64,000 nt of DNA from assembly GCA_951406725.2 (NCBI GenBank), contig OX597829.1, positions 46,376,001-46,440,000 of the forward strand. The letters run 5' to 3'. The stretch comes from Octopus vulgaris. Taxonomy: Eukaryota. The translations under genes and the position numbers were made by a program. This document shows, one piece after another, positions 13,504 to 27,380 of the stretch. Each line of letters begins with the position of its first letter. The stretch's first letter is position 1. The notes under the pieces are model-generated. The model had not been told where the DNA came from. It worked only from the letters and a program-made list of their open reading frames with translations, and ran no database searches.

Positions 13504-13877
13504 TGGATGGAAGCACTCAGTCGGTTACGACGACGAGGGTTCCGCTTGATCCGAATCAACGGAACAGCCTGCTCGTGAAATTAACGTGTAAGTGGCTGAG
13601 CACTCCACAGACACGTGTACCCTTAACGTAGTTCTCGGGGATATTCAGCGTGACACAGAGTGTGACAAGGCCGGCCCTTTGAAATACAGGTTCAACAGAA
13701 ACAGGAAGTAAGAGTGAGAGAAAGTTGTGGTGAAAGAGTACAGCAGGGATCACCAGGCCTCGCGGAGCTTTAGGTGTTTTCGCTCAATAAACAGTCACAA
13801 CGCCCGGTCTGGGAATCGAAACCGCGATCCTATGACCGCGAGTCCGCTGCCCTAACCACTGGGCCATTGCGCGTTCA
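13504..13877 (-). mobile_element. SINE family C with an alternative 3' tail
   Basis: Head and body match 14802-14980 but the tail differs. Confidence 0.8.
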
Positions 13878-14244
13878 CTTACATTAAATACTCATTTACA
13901 CAAAACGCAAATTCTCTTCACTTTAATGTTTTCGTCTGGATTCAATTTCGATTTGCATATATGTTCGTCAATTCGCTACGATCTCTTTCAAGTAAACAAA
14001 ATCAAAAATTTAAATTGGAGGAGGGGGAGGGGCGAAACTTTAAAAAATGTTTTTTTGCATATTTAAAATCTCCGACATCTAAAAACAGGAATCCGAAAAA
14101 TAAAATTTTCAAAACAGTGCATTTTTCAAGGAGAGGTGCGAAACTGCATTAGCTCCAACAAAAGCATTGAAGAAGTCCTTAGTTTAATGTTAGTTTCATG
14201 TTATTATAACATAAAAACATTAATTAATATAAATAAACGTTAAA

Positions 14245-14588
14245 GCGTTGATCTGGCTGAATCGTTAACACACCGTGCAAAATGTCTGACAATATGTGGT
14301 CCGTCTTTACGTTCTGAGTTCAAATTCCGCCAAGATTGACTTTGCTTTCCATCCTGTCGGGAGTCAATAAAATAAGTACCAGTTAAGCACTGAAAACGAG
14401 GGGAGAGGGGTCGATGTTGTCGACTTGTCCCCAAAATTGAAACGTATATATATATATGTTTCGCCGAGGTAGACTTTGCTTTTCATCTTTTCGGGGTCGA
14501 TGAATTAAGTACCAATTGTGTACTGGGGTCGTTCTAACCGACAGAACTTTCCCCCAAAGTTTCGGGCCTTCTGCCTAGAGTAGAAAAG
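14245..14588 (+). mobile_element. Two degenerate SINE family B copies
   Basis: Each has the gactttgctttccatcc..gggtcgataaaataagtacc core. Confidence 0.7.
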
Positions 14589-14632
14589 CATGTATATAAA
14601 TGTTCATATATGCTTATAGATATGTATGTAAG

Positions 14633-14681
<49 letters not shown>

Positions 14682-14686
14682 GTGTG

Positions 14687-15102
<416 letters not shown>

Positions 15103-15575
15103 ATATGTAAGTATATGTATATATATATATGTGTGTGTGTGTGTGTGAGAGTGTGTGTGTATACATTCATATATATCTATATTCGCAAATATATATATTT
15201 ATATACCTGTATGTGAGTGTGTGTGTGTATACATACATATAGATACAGGTGTATCTTCTAGAAAAGCTTTTGGGAAAACAATTGAATACCTCGAGGAGTT
15301 TGTTGTGCATCTGCTGAGAATGACAGAAATGCTCATATAGTTGACATTTAATGAAAACAAATAAATTTTATTTCAAGCATAAGATGTTTTACCATGCATA
15401 CAATTCAGTTTCGCACCTCTCTTTGAAAAATGCCCTGTTTTGAAAATTTCATGTTTCGGGTTACATTTAGATGTCGGAGATTTATTTTAAATATTGTTTA
15501 GTGAGTTTTCATGCATACAGGCACACACACAGACATACACACATAAACATATACCTGTGTGTGTGTGTGGCAGGG

Positions 15576-15645
<70 letters not shown>

Positions 15646-15885
15646 TCTAATTAATGAAACAAGTAGAATGTAGAAGTTCTTCATGCATACATACATAACA
15701 TACATACATAGTTACATACATATATTCTTACATGCATACATTTATACATACATAATACATACATATACGCATGCATGCATACATACACTATCACATACAT
15801 ACATGTATACATACATGCATTCGTACCAACATTCATACATACATATATGCATATATACATACATATATGCATTCATAATTAAATA

Positions 15886-16527
15886 TACAATACACATTGT
15901 GTACAGGACACCAATGAATGAAAATACGTAAACACACGAGAGAAAACTAAAAGACAAAATACTAAAAAGACGATATCTCCTCATCAATTGTCGACTGTTT
16001 ATTACTCCTATTTCGTGCTTTTAATGACAAAATAGGGCAACTTCATAAGACAGCAGCATCCAGAATTTTTTTAAATATAAAGTACATGGAGAGTTAGGGC
16101 TTCGAACGAACAAACAACGACAGAGTGGACGTACAGAGTAGACACAATCGACGAAGACGAACGTTAAGGGACGTTAAAGATAGAGGAATTGTAATGGGAG
16201 GAAATTTTCAATGAAATAGAATAATTAGAAGAGAAGAAAATAGTCGAGGAAAAATTTCGGAATCTGAGAGAAATGACGTCCAGCCTAATGGACGTCAAGT
16301 ACAGAAAAGACAGAGGCAAGAGAAATGGCCTGTAGTCACGTGTGAGTAACAGAGGCAAAGTGGAAGAGGGACAAGGGAGAGGATGAGGGAAAGATGACAA
16401 AAGGAGTGAGGAGAAGGGACTAGGAGTGACAGATAGTAGGAAGCGAAAGAAAGACAGATAGGGAATAGCAAAGCAGGTTATAGTGGGTTAGAGAGAAAAA
16501 GCACAAAAGAGCGTGCAGTCGCAGAAA
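15886..16527 (-). mobile_element. Penelope/retrozyme-like non-coding element with a degenerate hammerhead; its end resembles the satellite monomer
   Basis: Minus strand 15994-16054 reads gctgt CTTATGA agttgc..gcac GAAA taggag TA. 15890-15968 resembles the 85-bp satellite unit. Confidence 0.5.
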
Positions 16528-17058
16528 TCTCTATATATAAAACTGTAGTTGTGTGAGTGTCTGTCTCCTACGATTTAGATTCCTAACTACTCCCACATTT
16601 TGCGGTGCAGTTTAACCAACTTCGGGTATCTTATAGTCGTGATTCATATCGAGCCCGTCTGGCTATTAGCGCGCGTCTGGCTATTAGCGCGCGTCTACGA
16701 TGAGTCTACGATTTTAAAAATAATTTAACATCATTTTTTATTCCATTTTAATGCATAATTTTTCGTGTGTCGATGGCGGCGGAGTTGGCGTCCATGGTCA
16801 CACCTGCACCTGTTTGCTTCTCCCCCTTCTTCCCTCCCTCGTGAAGCTGTGGGGAAGGGAGTGTAAAGAAATAAACGTCGTAAAGCGTTGTCAAGGAGAC
16901 CAGCGTTCTTTTAGAACAACGACTTCATGGCTTGAAGACACCAAAACAGAAATGGCTAAGAAAGCCCGAATTGGCATCTATAAGGGAAGTAACTCTCTAA
17001 AAATGCTTATATAGTTATTTCCCTTACAAACCCGAGCAACGCCGGGCGATACTGCTAG
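16528..17058 (+). mobile_element. Non-autonomous Helitron, family 1, long form
   Basis: A|TCTCTATATATAAAA ... hairpin, CTAG|T. Confidence 0.85.
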
Positions 17059-17062
17059 TTAT

Positions 17063-17178
17063 ATGTAAATGTATTAACATACTGTTGTCAAGGCAGTGTG
17101 GCGTTCGATTATGAATAAATAAAAAAAATACACAGTAAGTACAGTACATCACCAACGAGTGAAAAATACGTAAACACC
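17063..17178 (+). repeat. Left inverted arm bounding the satellite
   Basis: Its reverse complement matches the last monomer plus unique flank (to 27440) and also the first monomer at 17181-17230. Confidence 0.8.
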
Positions 17179-17179
17179 C

Positions 17180-19039
17180 GTGTGTTTACGTATTTTTCTC
17201 ACGTTGGTGATGTCCTGTACTTATTCTGTATGTTTTTGGTATTTTGAGCTGTAATCATCTCTCGTGTGCTTACGTATTTTTCTCACGTTGGTGATGTCCT
17301 GTACTTATTCTGTATGTTTTTTGGTATTTTGAGCTGTACTCATCTCTCGTGTGCTTATGTATTTTTCACTCGCTGGTGATGTCCTGTATTCATTGTGTAT
17401 GTTTTTTGGTATTTTGAGCTGTACTCATCTCTCGTGTGCTTATGTATCTTTCTCACGTTGGTGATGTCCTGTATTCATTGTGTATGTTTTTTTGTATTTT
17501 GAGCTGTACTCATCTCTCGTGTGCTTATGTATTTTTCTCACGTTGGTGATGTCCTGTACTTATTCTGTATGTTTCTGGTATTTTGAGCTGTACTCATCTC
17601 TCGTGTGCTTATGTATTTTTCTCACGTTGGTGATGTCCTGTACTTATTCTGTATGTTTTTTGGTATTTTGAGCTGTACTCATCTCTCGTGTGCTTATGTA
17701 TTTTTCACTCGCTGGTGATGTCCTGTACTTATTCTGTATGTTTTTTGGTATTTTGAGCTGTACTCATCTCTCGTGTGCTTATGTATTTTTCACTCCCTGG
17801 TGATGTCCTGTATTCATTGTGTATGTTTTTTTGTATTTTGAGCTGTACTCATCTCTCGTGTGCTTATGTATTTTTCACTCGCTGGTGATGTCCTGTACTT
17901 ATTCTGTATGTTTTTTGGTATTTTCAGCTGTACTCATCTCTCGTGTGCTTGTGTCTCATTTTTCTCACGTTGGTGATGTCCTGTACTTATTCTGTATGTT
18001 TTTTGGTATTTTGAGCTGTACTCATCTCTCGTGTGCTTATGTATTTTTTCACGTTGGTGATGTCCTGTACTTATTCTGTATGTTTTTTGGTATTTTGAGC
18101 TGTACTCATCTCTCGTGTGCTTATGTATTTTTCACTCGCTGGTGATGTCCTGTATTCATTGTGTATGTTTTTTTGTATTTTGAGCTGTACTCATCTCTCG
18201 TGTGCTTATGTATTTTTCACTCGCTGGTGATCTCCTGTACTTATTCTGTATGTTTTTTGTATTTTGAGCTGTACTCATCTCTCGTTTGCTTATGTATTTT
18301 TCACTCGCTGGTGATGTCCTGTACTTATTCTGTATGTTTTTTGGTATTTTGAGCTGTACTCATCTCTCATGTGCTTATGTATTTTTCACTCGCTGGTGAT
18401 GTCCTGTATTCATTGTGTATGTTTTTTGGTATTTTGAGCTGTACTCATCTCTCGTGTGCTTATGTATTTTTCTCACGTTGGTGATGTCCTGTACTTATTC
18501 TGTATGTTTTTTTGTATTTTGAGCTGTACTCATCTCTCGTGTGCATATGTATTTTTCTCACGTTGGTGATGTCCTGTACTTATTCTGTATGTTTTTTTGT
18601 ATTTTGAGCTGTACTCATCTCTCGTGTGCTTATGTATTTTTCACTCGCTGGTGATGTCCTGTATTCATTGTGTATGTTTTTTGGTATTTTGAGCTGTACT
18701 CATCTCTCGTGTGCTTATGTATTTTTCTCACTGTTGGTGATGTCCTGTATTCATTGTGTATGTTTTTTTGTATTTTGAGCTGTACTCATCTCTCGTGTGC
18801 TTATGTATTTTTCTCACGTTGGTGATGTCCTGTACTTATTCTGTATGTTTTTTGGTATTTTGAGCTGTACTCATCTCTCGTGTGCTTATGTATTTTTCAC
18901 TCGCTGGTGATGTCCTGTATTCATTGTGTATGTTTTTTCATATTTTGAGCTGTACTCATCTCTCGTGTGCTTATGTATTTTTCTCACGTTGGTGATGTCC
19001 TGTACTTATTCTGTATGTTTTTTGGTATTTTGAGCTGTA
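17180..19039 (+). repeat. 85-bp tandem satellite, block 1 (~22 units)
   Basis: gtgatgtcct recurs at 17291, 17376 and 17461, a period of 85. Confidence 0.95.
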
Positions 19040-20470
19040 ATGCATGCATACATACACTATCACATACATACATGTATACATACATGCATTCGTACCAACA
19101 TTCATACATACATATATGCATATATACATACATATATGCATTCATAATTAAATATACAATACACATTGTGTACAGGACACCAATGAATGAAAATACGTAA
19201 ACACACGAGAGAAAACTAAAAGACAAAATACTAAAAAGACGATATCTCCTCATCAATTGTCGACTGTTTATTACTCCTATTTCGTGCTTTTAATGACAAA
19301 ATAGGGCAACTTCATAAGACAGCAGCATCCAGAATTTTTTTAAATATAAAGTACATGGAGAGTTAGGGCTTCGAACGAACAAACAACGACAGAGTGGACG
19401 TACAGAGTAGACACAATCGACGAAGACGAACGTTAAGGGACGTTAAAGATAGAGGAATTGTAATGGGAGGAAATTTTCAATGAAATAGAATAATTAGAAG
19501 AGAAGAAAATAGTCGAGGAAAAATTTCGGGATCTGAGAGAAATGACGTCCAGCCTAATGGACGTCAAGTACAGAAAAGACAGAGGCAAGAGAAATGGCCT
19601 GTAGTCACGTGTGAGTAACAGAGGCAAAGTGGAAGATGTCCTGTATTCATTGTGTATGTTTTTTTATATTTTGAGGGAAAGATGACAAAAGGAGTGAGGA
19701 GAAGGGACTAGGAGTGACAGATAGTAGGGAGCGAAAGAAAGACAGATAGGGAATAGCAAAGCAGGTTATAGTGGGTTAGAGAGAAAAAGCAGAAAACAGC
19801 GTGCAGTCGCAGAAATCTATATATATAAAACTGTAGTTGTGTGAGTGTCTGTCTCCTACGATTTAGATTCCTAACTACTCCCACATTTTGCGGTGCAGTT
19901 TAACCAACTTCGGGTATCTTATAGTCGTGATTCATATCGATCCCGTGTCTGGCTATTAGCGCGCGTCTGGCTATTAGCGCGCGTCTACGATGAGTCTGTA
20001 CGATTTTAAAAATAATTTAACATCATTTTTTATTCCATTTAATGCATAATTTTTCGTGTGTCGATGGCGGCGGAGTTGGCGTCCATGGTCACACCTGCAC
20101 CTGTTTGCTTCTCCCCTTCTTCCCTCCTCTCGTGAAGCTGTGGGGGAAGGGAGTGTAAAGAAATAAACGTCGTAAAGCATTGTCAAGGAGACCAGCGTTC
20201 TTTTAGAACAACGACTTCATGGCTTGAAGACACCAAAACAGAAATGGCTAAGAAAGCCTGAATTGAGCATCTATAAGGAAGTAACTCTCTAAAAATGCTT
20301 ATATAGTTATTTCCCTTACAAACCCGAGCAACGCCGGGCGATACTGCTAGTTATATGTAAATGTATTAACATACTGTTGTCAAGGCAGTGTGGCGTTCGA
20401 TTATGAATAAATAAAAAAAATACACAGTAAGTACAGTACATCACCAACGAGTGAAAAATACGTAAACACC
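19040..20470 (+). repeat. Near-identical tandem copy of 15772-17179, including the Helitron at 19816-20350 and a second left arm
   Basis: The sequence restarts at tgcatgcatacatacactatcac, an offset of about 3.27-3.29 kb. Confidence 0.9.
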
Positions 20471-23400
20471 CGTGTGTTTACGTATTTTTCTCACGTTGGT
20501 GATGTCCTGTACTTATTCTGTATGTTTTTGGTATTTTGAGCTGTAATCATCTCTTGTGTGCTTATGTATTTTTCTCACGTTGGTGATGTCCTGTACTTAT
20601 TCTGTATGTTTTTGGTATTTTGAGCTGTACTCATCTCTCGTGTGCTTACGTATTTTTCTCACGTTGGTGATGTCCTGTACTTATTCTGTAAATTTTTTTA
20701 TAGTATATTGAGCTGTACTCATCTCTCGTGTGCTTATGTATTTTTCACTCGCTGGTGATGTCCTGTATTCATTGTGTATGTTTTTTGGTATTTTGAGCTG
20801 TACTCATCTCTCGTGTGCTTATGTATCTTTCTCACGTTGGTGATGTCCTGTATTCATTGTGTATGTTTTTTTGTATTTTGAGCTGCACTCATCTCTCGTG
20901 TGCTTATGTATTTTTCTCACGTTGGTGATGTCCTGTACTTAATCTGTATGTTTCTGGTATTTTGAGCTGTACTCATCTCTCGTGTGCTTATGTATTTTTC
21001 TCACGTTGGTGATGTCCTGTACTTATTCTGTATGTTTTTTGGTATTTTGAGCTGTACTCATCTCTCGTGTGCTTATGTATTTTTCACTCGCTGGTGATGT
21101 CCTGTACTTATTCTGTATGTTTTTTGGTATTTTGAGCTGTACTCATCTCTCGTGTGCTTATGTATTTTTCACTCGCTGGTGATGTCCTGTATTCATTGTG
21201 TATGTTTTTTTGTATTTTGAGCTGTACTCATCTCTCGTGTGCTTATGTATTTTTCACTCGCTGGTGATGTCCTGTACTTATTCTGTATGTTTTTTGGTAT
21301 TTTGAGCTGTACTCATCTCTCGTGTGCTTATGTATTTTTCTCACGTTGGTGATGTCCTGTACTTATTCTGTATGTTTTTTGGTATTTTGAGCTGTACTCA
21401 TCTCTCGTGTGCTTATGTATTTTTCTCACGTTGGTGATGTCCTGTACTTATTCTGTATGTTTTTTTGTATTTTGAGCTGTACTCATCTCTCGTGTGCTTA
21501 TGTATTTTTCACACGCTGGTGATGTCCTGTATTCATTGTGTATGTTTTTTTGTATTTTGAGCTGTACTCATCTCTCGTGTGCTTATGTATTTTTCACTCG
21601 CTGGTGATCTCCTGTACTTATTCTGTATGTTTTTTTGTATTTTGAGCTGTACTCATCTCTCGTGTGCTTATGTATTTTTCACTCGCTGGTGATGTCCTGT
21701 ACTTATTCTGTATGTTTTTTGGTATTTTGAGCTGTACTCATCTCTCGTGTGCTTATGTATTTTTTCACTCGCTGGTGATGTCCTGTATTCATTGTGTATG
21801 TTTCTTTTGTATTTTGAGCTGTACTCATCTCTCGTGTGCTTATGTATTTTTCTCACGTTGGTGATGTCCTGTACTTATTCTGTATGTTTTTTTGTATTTT
21901 GAGCTGTACTCATCTCTCGTGTGCATATGTATTTTTCTCACGTTGGTGATGTCCTGTACTTATTCTGTATGTTTTTTTGTATTTTTGAGCTGTACTCATC
22001 TCTCGTGTGCTTATGTATTTTTCACTCGCTGGTGATGTCCTGTATTCATTGTGTATGTTTTTTGGTATTTTGAGCTGTACTCATCTCTCGTGTGCTTATG
22101 TATTTTTCTCACGTTGGTGATGTCCTGTATTCATTGTGTATGTTTTTTTGTATTTTGAGCTGTACTCATCTCTCGTGTGCTTATGTATTTTTCTCACGTT
22201 GGTGATGTCCTGTACTTATTCTGTATGTTTTTTGGTATTTTGAGCTGTACTCATCTCTCGTGTGCTTATGTATTTTTCACTCGCTGGTGATGTCCTGTAT
22301 TCATTGTGTATGTTTTTTTATATTTTGAGCTGTACTCATCTCTCGTGTGCTTATGTATTTTTCTCACGTTGGTGATGTCCTGTACTTATTCTGTATGTTT
22401 TTTGGTATTTTGAGCTGTACTCATCTCTCGTGTGCTTATGTATTTTTCTCACGTTGGTGATGTCCTGTACTTATTCTGTATGTTTTTTTGTATTTTGAGC
22501 TGTACTCATCTCTCGGGGTCTTATGTATTTTTCTCACGTTGGTGATGTCCTGTACTTATTCTGTATGTTTTTTGGTATTTTGATCTGTACTCATCTCTCG
22601 TGTGCTTATGTATTTTTCTCACGTTGGTGATGTCCTGTACTTATTCTGTATGTTTTTTGGTATTTTGAGCTGTACTCATCTCTCGTGTGCTTATGTATTT
22701 TTCACTCCCTGGTGATGTCCTGTATTCATTGTGTATGTTTTTTGTTATTTTGAGCTGTACTCATCTCTCGTGTGCTTATGTATTTTTCACTCGCTGGTGA
22801 TGTCCTGTACTTATTCTGTATGTTTTTTTGTATTTTGAGCTGTACTCATCTCTCGTGTGCTTATGTATTTTTCTCACGTTGGTGATGTCCTGTACTTATT
22901 CTGTATGTTTTTTGGTATTTTGAGCTGTACTCATCTCTCGTGTGCTTATGTATTTTTCACTCGCTGGTGATGTCCTGTATTCATTCTGTATGTTTTTTTG
23001 TATTTTGAGCTGTACTCATCTCTCGTGTGCTTATGTATTTTTCACTCGCTGGTGATGTCCTGTACTTATTCTGTATGTTTTTTTTGTATTTTGAGCTGTA
23101 CTCATCTCTCGTGTGCTTATGTATTTTTCACTCGCTGGTGATGTCCTGTACTTATTCTGTATGTTTTTTGTATTTTGAGCTGTACTCATCTCTCGTGTGC
23201 TTATGTATTTTTCACTCGCTGGTGATGTCCTGTACTTATTCTGTATGTTTTTTGGTATTTTGAGCTGTACTCATCTCTCGTGTGCTTATGTATTTTTCAC
23301 TCGCTGGTGATGTCCTGTATTCATTGTGTATGTTTCTTGGTATTTTGAGCTGTACTCATCTCTCGTGTGCTTATGTATCTTTCTCACGTTGGTGATGTCC

Positions 23401-26400
23401 TGTATTCATTGTGTATGTTTTTTTGTATTTTGAGCTGTACTCATCTCTCGTGTGCTTATGTATTTTTCTCACGTTGGTGATGTTCTGTACTTATTGTGTA
23501 TGTTTTTTTGTATTTTGAGCTGTACTCATCTCTCGTGTGCTTATCTATTTTTCACTCGCTGGTGATGTCCTGTATTCATTGTGTATGTTATTTTGTATTT
23601 TGAGCTGTACTCATCTCTCGTGTGCTTATGTATTTTTCTCACGTTGGTGATGTCCTGTACTTATTCTGTATGTTTTTTGGTATTTTGAGCTGTACTCATC
23701 TCTCGTGTGCTTATGTATTTTTCACTCGCTGGTGATGTCCTGTACTTATTCTGTATGTTTTTGGTATTTTGAGCTGTACTCATCTCTCGTGTGCTTATGT
23801 ATTTTTCTCACGCTGGTGATGTCCTGTACTTATTCTGTATGTTTTTTTGTATTTTGAGCTGTACTCATCTCTCGTGTGCTTATGTATTTTTCACTCGCTG
23901 GTGATGTCCTCTACTTATTCTGTATGTTTGTTTGTATTTTGAGCTGTACTAATCTCTCGTGTGCTTATGTATTTTTCACTCGCTGGTGATGTCCTGTATT
24001 CATTGTGTATGTTTTTTTGTATTTTGAGCTGTACTCATCTCTCGTGTGCTTATGTATTTTTCACTCGCTGGTGATGTCCTGTACTTATTCTGTATGTTTT
24101 TTTTGTATTTTGAACTGTACTCATCTCTCGTGTGCTTATGTATTTTTCACTCGCTGGTGATGTCCTGTACTTATTCTGTATGTTTTTTGGTATTTTGAGC
24201 TGTACTCATCTCTCGTGTGCTTATGTATTTTTCACTCGCTGGTGATGTCCTGTATTCATTGTGTATGTTTTTTGGTATTTTGAGCTGTATCTCTCGTGTG
24301 CTCTTTCTCACGTCTGTCCTGTATTCATTGTGTATGTTTTTTGTATTTTGGCTCGTGTGCTTATGTATCTTTCTCACGTTGGTGATGTCCTGTATTCATT
24401 GTGTATGTTTTTTTGTATTTTGAGCTGTACTCATCTCTCGTGTGCTTATGTATTTTTCTCACGTTGGTGATGTCCTGTACTTATTCTGTATGTTTTTTTG
24501 TATTTTGAGCTGTTCTCATCTCTCGTGTGCTTATGTATTTTTCACTCGCTGTTGATGTCCTGTATTCATTGTGTATGTTTTTTTATATTTTGAGCTGTAC
24601 TCATCTCTCGTGTGCTTATGTATTTTTCTCACGTTGGTGATGTCCTGTACTTATTCTGTATGTTTTATGGTATTTTGAGCTGTACTCATCTCTCGTGTGC
24701 TTATGTATTTTTCTCAAGTTGGTGATGTCCTGTACTTATTCTGTATGTTTTTTTGTATTTTGAGCTGTACTCATCTCTCGTGTGCTTATGTATTTTTCTC
24801 ACGTTGGTGATGTCCTGTACTTATTCTGTATGTTTTTTGGTATTTTGAGCTGTACTCATCTCTCGTGTGCTTATGTATTTTTCACTCGCTGGTGATGTCC
24901 TGTACTTATTCTGTATGTTTTTGGTATTTTGAGCTGTACTCATCTCTCGTGTGCTTATGTATTTTTCAATCGCTGGTGATGTCCTCTACTTATTCTGTAT
25001 GTTTTTTTGTATTTTGAGCTGTACTCATCTCTCGTGTGCTTATGTATTTTTCACTCGCTGGTGATGTCCTCTATTCATTCTGTATGTTTGTTTGTATTTT
25101 GAGCTGTACTCATCTCTCGTGTGCTTATGTATTTTTCACTCGCTGGTGATGTCCTGTATTCATTGTGTATGTTTTTTTGTATTTTGAGCTGTACTCATCT
25201 CTCGTGTGCTTATGTATTTTTCACTCGCTGGTGATGTCCTGTACTTCATTCTGTATGTTTTTTTGGTATTTTGAGCTGTACTCATCTCTCGTGTGCTTAT
25301 GTATTTTTCTCACGTTGGTGATGTCCTGTACTTATTCTGTATGTTTTTTGGTATTTTGAGCTGTACTCATCTCTCGTGTGCTTATGTATTTTTCACTCCC
25401 TGGTGATGTCCTGTATTCATTGTGTATGTTTTTTGTTATTTTGAGCTGTACTCATCTCTCGTGTGCTTATGTATTTTTCACTCGCTGGTGATGTCCTGTA
25501 TTCATTGTGTATGTTTTTTTGTATTTTGAGCTGAACTCATCTCTCGTGTGCTTATGTATTTTTCACTCCCTGGTGATGTCCTGTATTCATTGTGTATGTT
25601 TTTTGGTATTTTGAGCTGTACTCATCTCTCGTGTGCTTATGTATCTTTCTCACTCGCTGGTGATGTCCTGTATTCATTCTGTATGTTTTTTGGTATTTTG
25701 AGCTGTACTCATCTCTCGTGTGCTTATGTATTTTTCTCACGTTGGTGATGTCCTGTACTTATTCTGTATGTTTTTTTGTATTTTGAGCTGTACTCATCTC
25801 TCGTGTGCTTATGTATTTTTCACTCGCTGGTGATGTCCTGTATTCATTGTGTATGTTTTTTGGTATTTTGAGCTGTACTCATCTCTCGTGTGCTTATGTA
25901 TTTTTCTCACGTTGGTGATGTCCTGTACTTATTCTGTATGTTTTTTGTATTTTGAGCTGTACTCATCTCTCGTGTGCTTATGTATTTTTCACTCGCTGGT
26001 GATGTCCTGTATTCATTGTGTATGTTTTTTGTTATTTTGAGCTGTACTCATCTCTCGTGTGCTTATGTATCTTTCTCACTGTTGGTATGTCCTGTATTCA
26101 TTGTGTATGTTTTTTGTATTTTGAGCTGTACTCATCTCTCGTGTGCTTATGTATTTTTCTCACGTTGGTGATGTCCTGTACTTATTCTGTATGTTTTTTG
26201 GTATTTTGAGCTGTACTCATCTCTCGTGTGCTTATGTATTTTTCACTCGCTGGTGATGTCCTGTATTCATTGTGTATGTTTTTTGGTATTTTGAGCTGTA
26301 CTCATCTCTCGTGTGCTTATGTATTTTTCACACGTTGGTTGATGTCCTGTACTTATTCTGTATGTTTTTTGGTATTTTGAGCTGTACTCATCTCTCGTGT

Positions 26401-27380
26401 GCTTATGTATTTTTCACTCGCTGGTGATGTCCTCTACTTCATTCTGTATGTTTTTTTGGTATTTTGAGCTGTACTCATCTCTCGTGTGCTTATGTATTTT
26501 TCACTCGCTGGTGATGTCCTGTACTTATTCTGTATGTTTTTTGGTATTTTGAGCTGTACTCATCTCTCGTGTGCTTATGTATTTTTCACTCGCTGGTGAT
26601 GTCCTGTACTTATTATGTATGATTTTTGTATTTTGAGCTGTACTCATCTCTCGTGTGCTTATGTATTTTTCACTCGCTGGTAATGTCCTGTATTCATTGT
26701 GTATGTTTTTTTGTATTTTGAGCTGTACTCATCTCTCGTGTGCTTATGTATTTTTCACTCGCTGGTGATGTCCTGTACTTATTCTGTATGTTTTTTGTAT
26801 TTTGAGCTGTACTCATCTCTCGTGTGCTTATGTATTTTTCACTCGCTGTTGATGTCCTGTACTTATTCTGTATGTTTTTTTGTATTTTGAGCTGTACTCA
26901 TCTCTCGTGTGCTTATGTATTTTTCACTCGCTGGTGATGTCCTCTACTTATTCTGTATGTTTTTTGGTATTTTGAGCTGTACTCATCTCTCGTGTGCTTA
27001 TGTATTTTTCACTCGCTGGTGATGTCCTGTACTTATTATGCATGTTTTTTTGTATTTTGAGCTGTACTCATCTCTCGTGTGCTTATGTATTTTTCACTCG
27101 CTGGTAATGTCCTGTATTCATTGTGTATGTTTTTTGGTATTTTGAGCTGTACTCATCTCTCGTGTGCTTATGTATTTTTCTCACGTTGGTGATGTCCTGT
27201 ACTTATTCTGTATGTTTTTTGTATTTTGAGCTGTACTCATCTCTCGTGTGCTTATGTATTTTTCACTCGCTGGTGATGTTCTGTACTTATTCTGTATGTT
27301 TTTTGTATTTTGAGCTGTACTCATCTCTCGTGTGCTTATGTATTTTTCACTCCCTGGTAATGTCCTGTATTCATTGTGTA
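20471..27380 (+). repeat. 85-bp tandem satellite, block 2 (~81 units)
   Basis: Continuous monomers with two diagnostic variant sites. Confidence 0.95.

Noticed and set aside
17320-17350. Hammerhead within the satellite monomer (minus strand gaGATGA gtacagctc AAAA)
   Set aside because: Both core boxes deviate from consensus and there is no stem I or III; only a 4-bp hairpin (tgag/ctca) is present.
17180-27380. CRISPR array or coding repeat
   Set aside because: The monomers are contiguous with no unique spacers, there are no cas genes, the context is eukaryotic, and the 85-bp period breaks reading frames.
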